Shown here one piece after another: positions 12,145 through 25,639 of a stretch of DNA of 64,000 bases. Numbering within the stretch: the first letter of the stretch is position 1; each line of letters begins with the position of its first letter. The stretch comes from Squalus acanthias. Its lineage: Eukaryota. The notes under the pieces are model-generated. The model saw only the letters and a list, made by a program, of their open reading frames with translations. It was not told where the DNA came from and searched no databases. Where the stretch lies: positions 47,618,001-47,682,000 of the forward strand of contig CM059432.1 of NCBI GenBank assembly GCA_030390025.1, in the 5' to 3' direction. The position numbers were made by a program, and so were the translations under genes.

Positions 12145-14565
12145 AAGCAAGCAATTAACTTAAGAGATACAGTGGCTATGCCAGGCAAGCCTTCATTTTT
12201 GCCCTTATAGGTGCAATACCTCTGAGGCCAGATATGGCATCTTTCAAGATGCAAAACTCTCAAATAAATAAACAAGGCAATTAGAATACTGATCAGATCT
12301 AGCCAATTCAAAGTTAGAACAGATACCATAAGGATCAATCATTTGCAATTACATCATGGAAATCAATTGTTATAGAGTTCCTCGATGACAGAGTTGTTAA
12401 ATCAACTGTTTTGTGGCATTGAATCACAGACCATGCTCAATTTTGTGTCATTACGTCTCTATGAAGTGCCTTGGGATTTTTTTCTTTGTTAACATCACTA
12501 TATAAATGCAAGTTGTTGTTGCTGTTGTCACCCAGTTCATTTATCTCACCCCAGCCATTGATGCAGACACATTTGATCTCAGTCTCTCCAAATGAGCAAG
12601 GAGAGGAAAAAGCACAACAGACAAGTTTACTGTTAGCTATCTGGAATCTTGCTTTTAAGTGTATGATGTGTGAACAGGTGAGGTAAGCATTAAGCATGGC
12701 TGGGATGACACTACTCATGAAAAATTCTAATATGTGAACAAAGAGAAAGCACTTTGCATTACAACAAATAGTTCCCCATATATTCTTCAATTGTTTTGAT
12801 ACCTTTTGAGATGTTTGTTCAATTAATAATACATACACAGGACTCTTCCATATAAGAAACATAAAAAGAAAAAAAGTATTTGATAATGACCTAGAAACTA
12901 ATTGGGTGCACCGTTTACCTGTCTCAAGAAAAGAAAACTTAAAAAGTAGAATTTTTCGTCCCTTGTTGGAATGGACCTTTCTGCCCCCGATCAACAATAA
13001 GTAGCAATGCAGCTAATGTCTCCCAATGTCAAACCTTCCCTTCCTCAAGCAGTCCAATCTATTGGCTCATTCCTAATGTGGATTATTTTACGGATCTGGA
13101 GACCTTAGTAATCGCTTCCATATTCCACCCAGCAGATTCTGCAGAAAAATTTGAAAGGAAATCTGATTAGATTCCAATGAGACAGCTTGCCCTCCAGATT
13201 ATTGAACTACTACCTCCACACAGCTTTTCATATTTTTACATATCCATAATGAGTTTTATTTTAATACACTATGGTTTAATTCTAGTTTTGATTTCTTTTT
13301 CAGCTTCTCCCAATTTAATTAAATGGGCAGAGGGGAGTTAAATCTCTCCATTTGGATCAGGTCAAAACGAGCAGGTACAGCAGTAGCTAGGAGTTGACAC
13401 CACTACTCCCTGGACATCAGGGAAGGGTGTTTTATAACCTTCTGATGGGAAGAGAATGGAAAAAACATTCCCTCCAGGATCAGATATGGATTTCAGGAGG
13501 TTGGGGGCATGGGGCAAATATAAATTACCATTCCAGAATAAATTATTTTTGGGTTCAAATAATGCATTACAATCCACTAATACTGGAAAATGCACCAAAA
13601 ATAAATTATCAAAAATCAAACTTTCCTAAGGGAAGTTCCTGCTAGAAAATAAATTTTGCAGCATCAGATCTCACTTCCCTTCCAAAATGTCTAAATTCAC
13701 CACTGCATTGCACTTTTGGTGCTTTAGATTTCCCCTTGTAATACAACTTATGGAATATTGGGTAAATTTGCAGTTTAAGTCATAATCAGTTCATGTCCAA
13801 CTACACTCCTATTTCAACTGCATATTGTACGTCTTATATGAGGACATTAGTTCTCAGTTTTCACAGCAAAAGCAAACTGAATTGTGGAATGTGATCCCAA
13901 AACACTGATGAAAATCAGGTGCATTTTATATGGGTTTTTTAGGCTGTCAGCTTTTTTGAACCCATTTGTTAGTTTGAGTTTTATAGGTTGGCATGTATGT
14001 GACTGATATTTTCAGATGCGCATTTGAAGGCAATCTGTTTAGTGCATAATAGTATGGCCACCTGAGAGAGAGCTAGCTTAAGGTTTATTCATCAGATGCA
14101 TCAACCAAATACACCTACAGAAATAGAACACCTTGGTTTCTGGCTTATGCTGAAAAGCCTATAGAGGAACCAACAACCTCTTCCACATTTTCTAGGCTTG
14201 TCTACAGACTCGATCCTACTGCTACAGGGATATAATCCACTTGTCTGCAGAAACCCTCTTTCCTCCCCTGGCCCTGTATTATCCGGAGGGGGCAAACACG
14301 TGGGTTACGAATAATTTTATTGGATGTGTTTGGACATTGACCTAGATTGAGTATCAACAATTTGAGATGTATGATCTCGTAACTACTAGGTGACCAAGAT
14401 TACTTCTGGTCATATCCCTTTGGCTATGACTACTGATCGGGTTGGATGGGAAAGATGGCGACGATATTTCACATTAGCTTGATGTGGACTTAACTGTGCT
14501 GTGTTTTTTTTGTATTGGTTACTACCTTTAGAATAGAGTGTTTTAATGTAGTTTTCATAGCCGTC

Positions 14566-16635
14566 CATAAGAACATAAGAAATAGAGCAGGAGTAGGCCA
14601 TATGGCCCCTCCAGCCTGCTCCGTCCTTTAATAAGATCATAGCTAAACTTCTACATCAACTGCACTTTCCCGTCTTATCCCAATATCCCTTGATTTCCTA
14701 TGTGCCCAAAAATCTATTAATTTGTCTTGAATATACTCATCGACTGAGCATCCACAGCCTTCTAGGGTAGAGAATTCCAAAGATTCACAACCCTCTGAGT
14801 AAAGAAATTTCTCCTCATCTCAGACCTAAATGGCCGGCCCCTTATACTGAAACTATGACATCTAGTTCTAAAGTCTCCAGCCAGGGGACAAGCCTCTCAG
14901 CATCTACCCTGTCAAGCCCTCTAAGAATTTTATACATTTCAATGAGTTCACCTTTCATTCTTCTAAACTCCAGAGAACATAGGCCCATTCTACTCACTCT
15001 CTCCTTATAGGACAGCCCTCTCATCCCAGGAATCAATCAAGTGAACCTTCGTTGCACCCACTCTAAGGCAAGTATATCCTTCCTTAGGTAGGGAGACCAA
15101 AACTATACACAGTACTCCAGGTGTGGTCTCACCAAAGCCCTATATAATTACAACAAGACTTCCTTACTCTCATACTCCAAACCCCTTGCAATAAAGGCTA
15201 ACATACCATTTGCCTTCCTAATGCTTGCTGAACCTGCAGGCTAACTTTCTGTGATTCATGTATAAGGACACCCAAATACCTATGAAAAACAACATTTACT
15301 AGTCTCTCACCTTTTAAAAAGTGTTCTGCTTTTCCATTCTTCCTACAAAAGTGGATAATTTCACACTTCCCCACATAATACTTCATCTACCACCTTCTTG
15401 CCCAATCACTTAGCCGATCTATATCCTTTTGCAGCCTCTTTACATCCTCCTCACAGATTACTTTCCCTCCTAGCTTTGTATCTTCAGCAAACTTGGATAT
15501 ATTACACTTGGTCCTCTCATCTAAGTCATTGATATAGATTGTAAATAAACGGAGGCCCAAGCACAGATCCTTGCGGCACTCCACTAGTTGCCATCCTGAA
15601 AATGACCCATTTATTCCTACTCTCTGTTTTCTGTCTGTTAACCAATCCTCAATCCATGCTAATATATTAACCACAATCCCATGAGCCCTAATCTTGTGCA
15701 ACAGCCTCTTACATGGTACTTTATCGAATGCCTTCTGAAAATCCAAATATACTACATCCACTGGCTCCCCCTTAGCTACCCTGCTAGATACACCATCAAA
15801 AAACTTTAATAGATTTGTCAAACAGGATTTCCCTTTCATAAAACCATGTTGACTCTGCCTAATTATATTGTAATTTTTCAAATGCCCTGTTACCACATCC
15901 TTAATAGATTATAGCATTTTTCCTACTGTTGCTATCAGGCTAACTGGCCTATAGTTCCTTGTTTTCTCCCTCCCTCCTTTCTTGAACAGCAGGGTTACAT
16001 TTGCTACCTTCTAATCAACAGGGACCATTCTAAAATCTAGGGAATTTTCGAAGATCAAAACCAATGCATCCACTATCCCTGCAGCCATCTCTTTTAAAAC
16101 CATAGGATGTAAGCCATCAGATCCAGGAATTGTCAGTTTTTAGTCCCATTAATTTCCCCAGTACTTTTCTTTACTAATATTAATTACTTTAAGTTTCTCA
16201 CTATCATTAGACCCTGGTTCCCCACAATTTCCAGTATGTTCTTTGTGTCTTCTACTGTGAAGACAGATACAAAATATTTGTTTAACAACTCTGCCATTCC
16301 CTTATTCCTCATTATAATTCCCTCCATCTCTGCCTCTAAGGGACCCACGTTTACTTTCGCTAATCTCTTCCTTTGTACATACTTGGAAAAGCTCTTACAA
16401 TCTGTTTTTAAATTTCCTGCTTGTTTACCCTCTTTATCAATTTCTTGGTCATCCTTTGCTGATTTTTAAAACCCTCCCAATCCTCAGGCTTACTACTATT
16501 CTTCGTAACATTGTAAATTTCTTCTTTTAATCGAATATTATCCTTAACTTCTCTAGTTAGCCATGGTTGTACCACATTTCCAGTGGAGTTATTATTTCTC
16601 AAGGGAATGTATGTTCATTGAGAATTTTAGAATAT
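14566..16635 (-). mobile_element. 5'-truncated, decayed CR1 LINE
   Basis: QHGFMKGKSCLTNLL, YLDFQKAFDKVP and degenerate FAED RT motifs split by frameshifts; CR1 3' tail at 14566. Confidence 0.9.
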
Positions 16636-16696
16636 TTCTTTAACAGGTGGTGCAAGTCCTTGTGCAAGTCACTCTGACGTGGAAAAAGACTGAATA

Positions 16697-18500
16697 ATGG
16701 CACAACATGGGAGAGAGCGTACTCCAAGGTTTTTGGATGCTGCACTGGAGGCCTTGGTGGAGGAGGGGGAAAGGAGGAGAGAAGTACTGTATCCACAGGG
16801 GGCCCTCCAGACAAATGCTCAGAAGGCAATGGGACCAGATAGCCGTGGCGGTCAATGCCAGGAGTCACGCCCCGAAGACCTAGATGCAGTGCCGCAAAAA
16901 GTTCAATGACCTCACACAAGTGGTCAAGGTCAGTGAATTCATCTTCAAATGCCATATCCTAACAACTGCACCACTAGACAGAGCCTCTGCTCAATGCTCC
17001 ACACCCCTATCACTCACCGACCAACAATCCCCATCAATCAGGATTCATGACCTCCAATTCATAGCTTCACCTCACCCTCACACACTTAGCACTGCTGCAA
17101 GCCTCACACCCACATCTCACAGCTTGCACACACCATGACAGCCACATCACCCAAACAGATTGCACCACACTCACTGACACTTCCCTCTCTCTTGCAGGAC
17201 AAGGTGGAGTACAACTGGAGGCAGCAGGAGCTAACTGGCGGGGTAGGCATGCCTGCATGTCCTTACCCCCATGGAGGAGAGGGTGCTCACCATCATTGGA
17301 GAGGCCATTGCTGAGGCTGAAACCATAGGATATGATGGTATCCTCAAACCTAATCCTCCTCCTTATATTCCACTTCCCGCTTATCCCACAATCTCTTCTG
17401 ATTTAACAAGCTGCAGATGGTGTAAGCATGCACCTCTTTCCCTGCGCACCCCCCGCCGCACCACTCTCCTCACCACAACCTTACCCTTGTGCCTTTCTCC
17501 TTCCAGATACCCAAGAACTGCAAACTGGCCAGGCAGTGGTGGAAGAGCAACAAGACACTGATGATGAAGAAACACCATCACTCGATTTCACACTCACAGC
17601 CATCAGCTGAAATACTGACACTGCACGTAATTTAGAAGCTAGCAAAGAGGTGGGATTTGCACGTGGTGAGACACCAGGCACGAGTGGCCTGCAGCCAGGG
17701 CAGGGGGCAAGGGTTGAGCAGGTGCCAGCTTGTCGGAGATCGACTCACGAGTTCTGCTGCAGAGGACTCAGATGAGCACTTTGATGGGGCAGCCTACAGA
17801 GGAAGACTGATGGGCATGCACAATGAAATGCTTGGCGCATTGGGAAGCCTGCCAGAAAGCTTGCGTGCAATGCCAAGGAGCATGGGGGAGCCCGGCACCA
17901 ACTTGGCACAGGGTTTTGTGCAGAGCTTGGAGACCATTCTTTCCAGCATGGAAGTGGTGGTCAACTCCATTAGCACACTTGTGGACCCAAGCATGATGCA
18001 GCGTCTGATGGCCGATGTCTCAGCTTCCACTGCAGCACAAGCAGCAGCCACCCAACGTCTGCGTGCTTCAGTGGAAACTCACACTGCAGTCATGCAAGGT
18101 CAGACTGCTGCCATAATAGCTGCAGATACCAGTATTGAAAGAGGCCTGCAGGGTGTCACAGCAGTCCAGCAATCTGTCCTCCAACAGATTATTTGGATGG
18201 CTGAGGCGCCGCCCCAGAGGAGTGGCCGTGGCTCCATGGAACACGAACCTGCTGTCCTCTCTTAGATGACAGCATTTGTGCTCCCACCCCTGCCACGCTG
18301 CCAGTTCCCTTGCTGTTGCCTGTCAGCCAGCCAGCCCAGACCGCTGCCGCCTATGCCTAGATGGTGCAGTCCGAAGCCGGGCCAAGAGCTGATCGAGGTC
18401 GTCCTCCAAGGCCATCTGCAGTCTCCTCCACTGAAAGTCAGCAGCCTTCCACCAGCTATGCTGCAGCCACTGGGGTAGCACTTCATAGGACACTAAGACA
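16697..18500 (+). pseudogene. Harbinger Myb/SANT-like DNA-binding protein gene, 3 exons (16697-16928, 17198-17337, 17507-~18500), disrupted
   Basis: MAQHGRERTPRFLDAALEALVEE...QCRKKFNDL (Myb/SANT-like trihelix); GT-AG introns (aag|gtcagt, cttgcag|, ttccag|); exon 2 DKVEYN..QQELTGG; frameshifts and stops. Confidence 0.75.
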
Positions 18501-18569
18501 GGCAAAGGCACACAGAAGACAGACACTTAGGGAATGCACAAGGGTATTTAGGTGATTAGTTTAAGTTTG

Positions 18570-19972
18570 AGAAGTCGCACAACACCAGGTTATAGTCCAA
18601 CAGCTTTATTTGAAATCACAAGCTTTCGGAGCGCTGCTCCTTCGTCAGGTGAAGTGAAGAGATGCATATAGGCACAGCATATATAGTCAGAGAACACTGC
18701 CAGATGATTACAGTTAATCTTTCTAACTGCCCTTTATCACACCTTGGCAGAGAGATAATCACGGCAATCAAAGGTGTGGATGGTGTCCAAACAGGTCAGT
18801 CAGGAAAACATTACATCAAAGACAATGAGGTGGGGTCACAAGGGGTCAAATGTGGCAGATGCTGGGGTCTGTATGGAAAACAAAAAACTTTTTTTGCTGG
18901 AAATCACAGCAGGTCCGGCCGCATCTGTGTAGAGAGAACAAGCCAACGACGACTCAAGTCTGGAGGACTCTACGTCAGGTGGGGTTACATGTAGCGTGAC
19001 ATGAACCCAAGATCCCGGTTGAGGCTGTCCTCATGGGTGCGGAACTTGGCTATCAGTTTCTGCTCGACGATTTTGCGTTGTCGTGTGTCTCGAAGGCCGC
19101 CTTGGAGAACGCTTACCCGAAGATCGGAGGCTGAATGTCCTTGACTGCTGAAGTGTTCTCCGACTGGGAGGGAAGACCCCTGCCTGGCGATTGTTGCGCG
19201 GTGTCCGTTCATACATTGTCGCAGTGTTTGCATGGTCTCGCCGATGTACCATGCTCCGGGGCGTCCTTTCCTGCAACGTATGAGGTAGACAACGTTGGCC
19301 GAGTCACATGAGTATGTACCATGTACCTAGTGGGTGGTGTCCTCACGTGTGATGATGGTATCTGTGTTGATGATCTGGCATGTCTTGCAGAGTTTGCCGT
19401 GGCAGGGTTGTGTGGTGTCGTGGTCGCTGTTCTCCTGAAAGCTGGGTAATTTGCTGCGAACGATGGTCTGTTTGAGGTTAGGCGGCTGTTTGAAGGCGAG
19501 TAGTGGAGGCGTGGGGATGGCCTTAGCGAGGTGTTCATCGTCATCGATGACATGTTGAAGGCTGCGAAGAACATGGCGTAGTTTCTCCGCTCCGGGGAAG
19601 TACTGGACGACGTAGGGTACTCTGTTGGTTGTGTCCCGTGTTTGTCTTCTGAGGAGGTCTATGCGATTTTTCGCTGTGGCCCGTCGGAACTGTCGATCGA
19701 CGAGTCGAGCGTCATATTCCGCTCTTACAAGGGCGTCTTTCAGCGTCTGTAGGTGTCCATCGCGTTCCTCCTCGTCTGAGTAGATCCTGTGTATTCGCAG
19801 GGCTTGTCCATAGGGGATGGCTTCTTTAACGTGGTTAGGGTGGAAGCTGGAGAAGTGGAGCATCGTGAGGTTGTCCGTGGGCTTGCGGTAGAGTGAAGTG
19901 CTGAGGTGTCCGTCTTTGATGGAGATTCGTGTGTCCAAGAATGAAACCGATTCTGAGGAGTAGTCCATGGTG
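18570..19972 (-). mobile_element. 5'-truncated Penelope-like element (RT C-terminus + GIY-YIG endonuclease + pLTR)
   Basis: SVSFLDT..LSTSLYRKPTD..LHFSSFHP (PLE RT), PCHGKLCKTC, YIGETMQTLRQ.MNGHR (GIY-YIG); 12-bp duplication agtttaagtttg at 18558-18569 and 19973-19984. Confidence 0.9.
18616..18652 (-). ncRNA. minimal type I hammerhead ribozyme motif in Penelope pLTR
   Basis: Minus strand tcac-CTGACGA-a-ggagc agc gctcc-GAAA-gc-TT-gtga: conserved core, stem II, stem I tcac/gtga, palindromic AAGCTT at helix III. Confidence 0.75.
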
Positions 19973-20149
19973 AGTTTAAGTTTGTATACAATATGGCATG
20001 ACTTCATTTATAAATTTGGTTTATTTTGCGTTGGCTTTTATTTTTGCATTGTGGCCAAGAGGATGAGGTGATGGTCAGTGAAAGAGAGAAGGTAAGGAGT
20101 GTGGGACTGTTGATGAATGGGGAATTGGGGTTGTCGTTACTGGTATCGC

Positions 20150-21247
20150 ACTTGAATTCGTTCTTTGCGTACAGCCCAGGCAGAAAGGGGCCGTCTTGGT
20201 TGCCGTCTCCTCTTCCTCTTCTTATGCCTTCTCCTGCTCCTCAGCTTCTCGCCTGATAGATGGTGGCAAAGGCTGTTCCCTCATGATGGCAAGGTTGTGC
20301 AGCATATCACCACAAATCTTGAGACCCGCTCAGCAGAGTATTGCACAGCTCCTCCAGAGCAGTCCAGGCAGCAGAATCGTTGCTTCAGCACGCCGATGGT
20401 CTGCTCTATCACATTTCTTGTGGCAGCTTGGCTCTCATTGTATGCATCCTGCGCACATGTGCGTGGGTTGCGAACCGGAGTCATGAGCCATGTCGTCAAC
20501 AGATAGCCCTTGTCGTCCAGTAGCCACCCTTTGGTTTGCCGGGTGGATGAAATACAGCTGGCACAGCGGATTGTCGCAGAATGAAGGCATTATGGCTGCT
20601 GCCGGGATACCGGGCAATGACCTGCGTGTTGTGCTGCCTATGGTCACAGACCAGCTGCACATTGAGGGAGTGGAATCTCTTTCGGTTCTGGTACGTGGCA
20701 GAGCTGACATGCTGCGCCTGCAAAGCAATCTGCGTGCAGTCAATGGCACCCTTCACCATGGGGAAGCCTGCAAACCTTACAAAACCTCGTGCTCGCTCCG
20801 CCTGCTTGCCTCTGACAAGAGGGAATGAAATGAAGTTATCCCTCTTTGAATAGAGAGCATCAGTGACTTCCCTTATGCAACAGAGGTTGCTATTATCTCC
20901 AATGCGTCTGGCTCCTTCCAGGCTGGTGCTGAAGTTCATAGCTACGGTCCCCTTCATAGCCACTGGCAATGTGGTCCTTGCCTTGCTCTGACGTTGGAGT
21001 TCTGGCTGCAGCATTTGGCAGATTTCAGTGACGACCTCCTTAGTGAAACGCAGACATCTCAAACATTGGTCTTCGCAATGGTTCAGGTAGGAGAATTACT
21101 CCCTGAACACACTGGGTAGATATGGCTTCCTGCTGAGAGCCCTTCTCCCCCTCCTCCTCTTCTAGCAGTTTGTCATGCTCTGCGTGGCCTCTGCTCATTC
21201 TCCCAGTCATGCTCAATTCCAAGAGGAAGGCCTACTAGTGCACCCAA
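20150..21247 (-). pseudogene. Harbinger (HARBI1-like) DDE transposase, frameshifted
   Basis: GFPMVKGAIDCTQI, NRKRFHSLNVQLVCDH, YPGSSHNA, RNVIEQTIGVLKQRFCCL motifs. Confidence 0.9.
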
Positions 21248-21490
21248 GTCTGGGAGCAACTGGTTTGGGTAGAAGCCTTGAAGTCAACAAAAAGTACTTC
21301 AGCACTTGCCACACCACTCCCTGTAGACTTTTGAAATTTGAAACAACTATGGAAAGCACCAAAAATATGTGGAATTGTAGCAACAGCCAGAAGAAACAAC
21401 TTGCAACTAACCTGTAAGTAGTCGATGATTCCTTTAAATAGCACTGGTGGTGCTGCTTAACGCGTGTTCAGCTGTGCGAGCTTCAGAGAG

Positions 21491-24400
21491 AACATAAGAA
21501 ATAGGCGCAGGAGTAGGCTATTTGGCCCTTCGAGCCTGCTCCGCCATTCAATAAAATCATGGTTGACCTTTTATCTCATCTCCACTTTCCTGCACTATCC
21601 CCATATCCCTTGATTCACTTAATATTCAAAAATCTATCGATCTCTGTCTTGAATATACTCAATGACTGAGCCTCCACAGCCCTCTGGGGTAGAGAATTCC
21701 AAAGATTCACCACCCTCTGAGTGAAGAAATTTCTCCTCATCTCAGTCCTAAATGGCCGACCCCTTATTCTGAGACTGTGACCCCTGGTTCTTGACTCCCC
21801 AGCCAGGGGAAACATCCTCCCTGCATCTACCCTGTCCAGCCCTGTAAGAATTTTGTATGTTACATGATCATCTCTCATTCTTCTAAACTCTCGAGAATAT
21901 AGGCCTAGTCTACTCAATCTCTCCTCATAGGACAATCCCCCCATCCCAGGAACCAGTCTGGTGAATTTTCGTTGCACTCCCTCTATGGCAAGTATACCCT
22001 TCCTTAGGTAAGGAGACCAAAACTGTACACAATACTCCAGGTCTGGTCTCACCAGGGCCCTATATAATTGCAGTAAGACGTCTTTACTCTTATACTCAAA
22101 TCCTCTTGTACTAAAGGCCAACATACCATTTGCTTTCCTAATTGCTTGCTGTACCTGCATGTTAACTTTCAGTGATTCGTGTACAAGGACACCCAGGTCC
22201 CTCTGAACACCAACATTTCCCAATCGCTCACCATTTAAAAAATACTCTGCTTTTCTAATTTTCCTCCCAAAGTGCATAACTTCACATTTCTCCACATTAT
22301 ATTCCATTTGCCATGTTCTTGCCCATTCTCTTAGCCTGACTATATCCCCTTCAAGCCTCTTTGCATCCTCCTCACAACTTACATTCCCACCTAGCTTTAT
22401 ATCATCAGCAAACTTGGATATATTTACATTTGGTCCCCTCATCCAAATCATTGATATAGATTGTAAATAGCTGAGGCCCAAGCACTGATCCTTGTGGTAC
22501 CCCACTAGTTACAGCCTGCCAACCCGAAAATGACCCGTTTATTCCTACTCTGTTTTCTGTCCGTTAACCAATCCTCAATCCATGCTCGTATATTGCCCCC
22601 AATCCCATGAGCCCTAATTTTGTTTAATAACCTCTTGTGTGGCACCTTATCGAATGCCTTCTGAAAATCCAAATACATCACATCCACTGGTTCCCCTCAT
22701 CTGTTCTGCTAGTTACAACCTCAAAAAACTCCAACAAATTCGTCAAACATGATTTCTCTTTCATAAATCCATGCTGACTCTGCCCAATCCTATTATTTTT
22801 TTTCTAAGTATCCTGTTACCACATCCTTAATAATAGATTCTAGCATTTTCCCTACTACTGATGTCAGGCTAACTGGTCTGTAGCTCCCCGTTTTCTCTCT
22901 CCCTCCTTTCTTAAATAGTGGGGTTACATTTGCTACCTTCCAATCCACGGGAACCATTCTAGAATCTATGGAATTTTGGAAAATGACAACCAATGCATCC
23001 ACTATCTCTAGAGCCATCTCTTTCAAAACCCTAGGATGTAGACCATCAGGTCCAGGAGATTTATCGGTTTTCAGTCCCATTCATTTCTCCAGTACTATTT
23101 TTTTTTACTAATACTAATTTCTTTCAGTTCCTCATTCTCGCTGGACCCTTGGTTCTCCACTATTTCCGGGAAGTTTTTGCATCTTCTTCCGTGAAGACAG
23201 ACACAAAGTATGTTTAATTTCCCTGCCATTTCCTTATTCCCCATTATAATTTCTCCTTTCTCAGCCCGTAAGGGACCCACATTTACTTTTGTTAATCTTT
23301 TCCTTTTTACATACCTATAGAAGCTTTTACAGTCTGTTTTTATGACTCACGCTAGTTTACGCTCATATTCTATTTGCCCTTTATCAATTTCTTGGTCCTC
23401 CTTTGCTGAATTCTAAAATCCTCCCAATCCTCAGGCTTACTACTCTTTTTGGCAACATTATAAGCCTCTTCCTTTAATCTAATACTATCTTTAACTTCTC
23501 GTTAGCCACGGTTGGACCACTTTTCCTGTGGGGTTTTTGTGCCTTAAAGGAATGTACATTTGTTGTAAATTATGTATTAATTCTTTAAATACTAGCCATT
23601 GCTTCTCTACCATCATACCTTTCAATGTAGTTTCCCAATGTACCTTAGCCAACCCGCCCCTCCATACCTACGTAGTTTGCTTTGTTTAGATTTAAGACCC
23701 TAGTTTCGGATTTAACTAAATCACTTTCAAACTCAATATAAAATTCTGAAGGCCCTTTTACTACAAGGTTATTAATTAACCCCTTCTCATTGCACAATAC
23801 TAGATCTAAAATAGCCTGTTCCCTAGTTAGTTCCTCAACATACTGATCTAGAAAACTATCTTGCATACATTCCATGAATTCGTCCTCCACACTATTACTG
23901 CAAATTTGGTTTGCCCAGTCTATATGTAGATTAAAGTCGCCCATGATTACTGTATTACCCTCGTTACATGCTCCTCTAATTTCCTGATTGATACTCTGCC
24001 CTACATTACAACAACTGTTTGGGGGCCTATCAACAACTCCCAACAATGTTTTCTGCCCCTTGCTGTTGCTCAGCTCCACCCAAACTGATTCTACTTCTTG
24101 ATTTTTTGGAGCGAAGATCCTTTCTCTCTCCTGTCTTTATCCCATCTTTTATCAGGGCTACCCCTCCTCCTTTTCCATTTTGCCTATCTCTTCTAAAAGT
24201 TGAGTATCCTGGAATATTTAGTTCCCAACCTTGGCCACTTTGCAACCACGTCTCCGTTATGGCTATTAGATCACCTGTTAATTTCTATCTGCGCTATTAA
24301 TTCATCTATTTTGTTGCAAATGCTTCACACAGACATAGTGCCTTTAGCTTTGACTTACTTCTACTTTTCCCTGATGTCACCTTAGTCACTGATGCCTTAG

Positions 24401-24536
24401 TACCTTTGTTACTCTCTCTGTCCCTTCCTGACCCACTCTGCTTATTTTTACCCAAAACTCTACTCTGCTCTAGAGCCTTGACATTTCTCTCGCTGCTTTT
24501 AAATTTACTCTTTCCTGAATCCTCCAACCCCCCCTT
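21491..24536 (-). mobile_element. CR1 LINE (ORF2 complete in extent but frameshifted) inserted in Harbinger copy 1
   Basis: APE endonuclease (MGDFNL, AILDLVL), KSPGPDG, FQKAFDKVPH, FADD motifs; 3' tail at 21491. Confidence 0.92.
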
Positions 24537-25639
24537 CAGTGTGGAGCTCCAATATGACAGCGTTGGCGTCAAATCAGTGTTGCACATTGATTGACGTCAT
24601 GATCTGCATACTTCCGACGGACATTAACTGTGCGCACGCTAAAGCCTTTATCAAGATGGCGTCTGCCGCGCTTCGCGTCAGACGTGTGCCGCACACGCCA
24701 TTTTGGATCCCTTACGGCACTCGTAGCGCCCCAAAAACAGGCACCACCAAGCTCAAATTCTCTCCCAGGGTATTTCAAATGAGAAGAGGTCGGGGTGAAA
24801 AGTAAAAGATATCAGTCTCTGCTGCTCCTGCTTATGTCCTTCTCGATGCCTCAACAGTGGCATTGCCAAAGGCCTGGTAATTAGCTGCCTGCCTACTTAG
24901 GGAGTGATCATCACATTGGGGATGGGGTAGAGTGCAAGCAGCCAAAACATACTAACTGCAAATCTAGCATTAATATAATAAACCATGGAAATCACTATAT
25001 TCCACTTTACAGCGGATTGATAATTAGTACTGAGAAAACCATATTAACAAAGCATCATAAAAGTAGAATTTCCACAATCTTTTTGGAGATTGATAGCCCT
25101 TGTAGTTGATAAAGTTTACATGTTTATGCTTTAGGATTTAACAAAATTATTCTGTAAAAATCTACCACTGCAACAATACAACACTTAGTATTTTTAAACA
25201 ATAAAGTAAGTTAAAATATTTGAATCATTCTGTATTATTTGGGTACCGAAATATTATAAATTCCTCAAAGAGTTTCTCTGTGAATCAAAGTTCTTGGATT
25301 CAACTATAAAACAAAGCAAAAGCATAATGTGCGAATTCAACTTTTTGATTCTTTCTGGGAAGTCCCTGATTCAGCAGGATATTATGAATGTTCCGACTGG
25401 ACTCGAGAATTTAGGACAAGTATCCAATAACATTGTAAATATTTGGCTCATTAAATCCTGTAAAACAAAATTGCACACACCCAGGTCTCAGGAAGCTACT
25501 GTAACAATCCACTACTCTTCTTACACTAATCAATTTATGTTGCAATAAAAACTAGTTCAATATTATCCGTCTCTATTTTCTTCACACTCACCCTCCAACG
25601 AGAGCTAATACTTTACAACAATCTTAAGATACTGGGAAG

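Larger units (their letters stand above)
16640..24766. mobile_element. PIF/Harbinger DNA transposon copy 1 (decayed, left end missing, two nested retroelements)
   Basis: Convergent Myb/SANT gene (+) and DDE transposase (-). Sequence resumes after the nested CR1 at 24537 and ends in caaattctctccc (24766), matching the terminus of copy 2 (caaattttttcaccc). Confidence 0.85.

Noticed and set aside
12437..12997. 186-aa minus-strand ORF
   Set aside because: No recognisable motifs, and it ends in an L2-tail remnant; likely chance.
20150..21247. Possible domesticated HARBI1 host gene
   Set aside because: Frameshifted, present in two copies with a transposon terminus and a linked Myb gene; these are decayed transposons.
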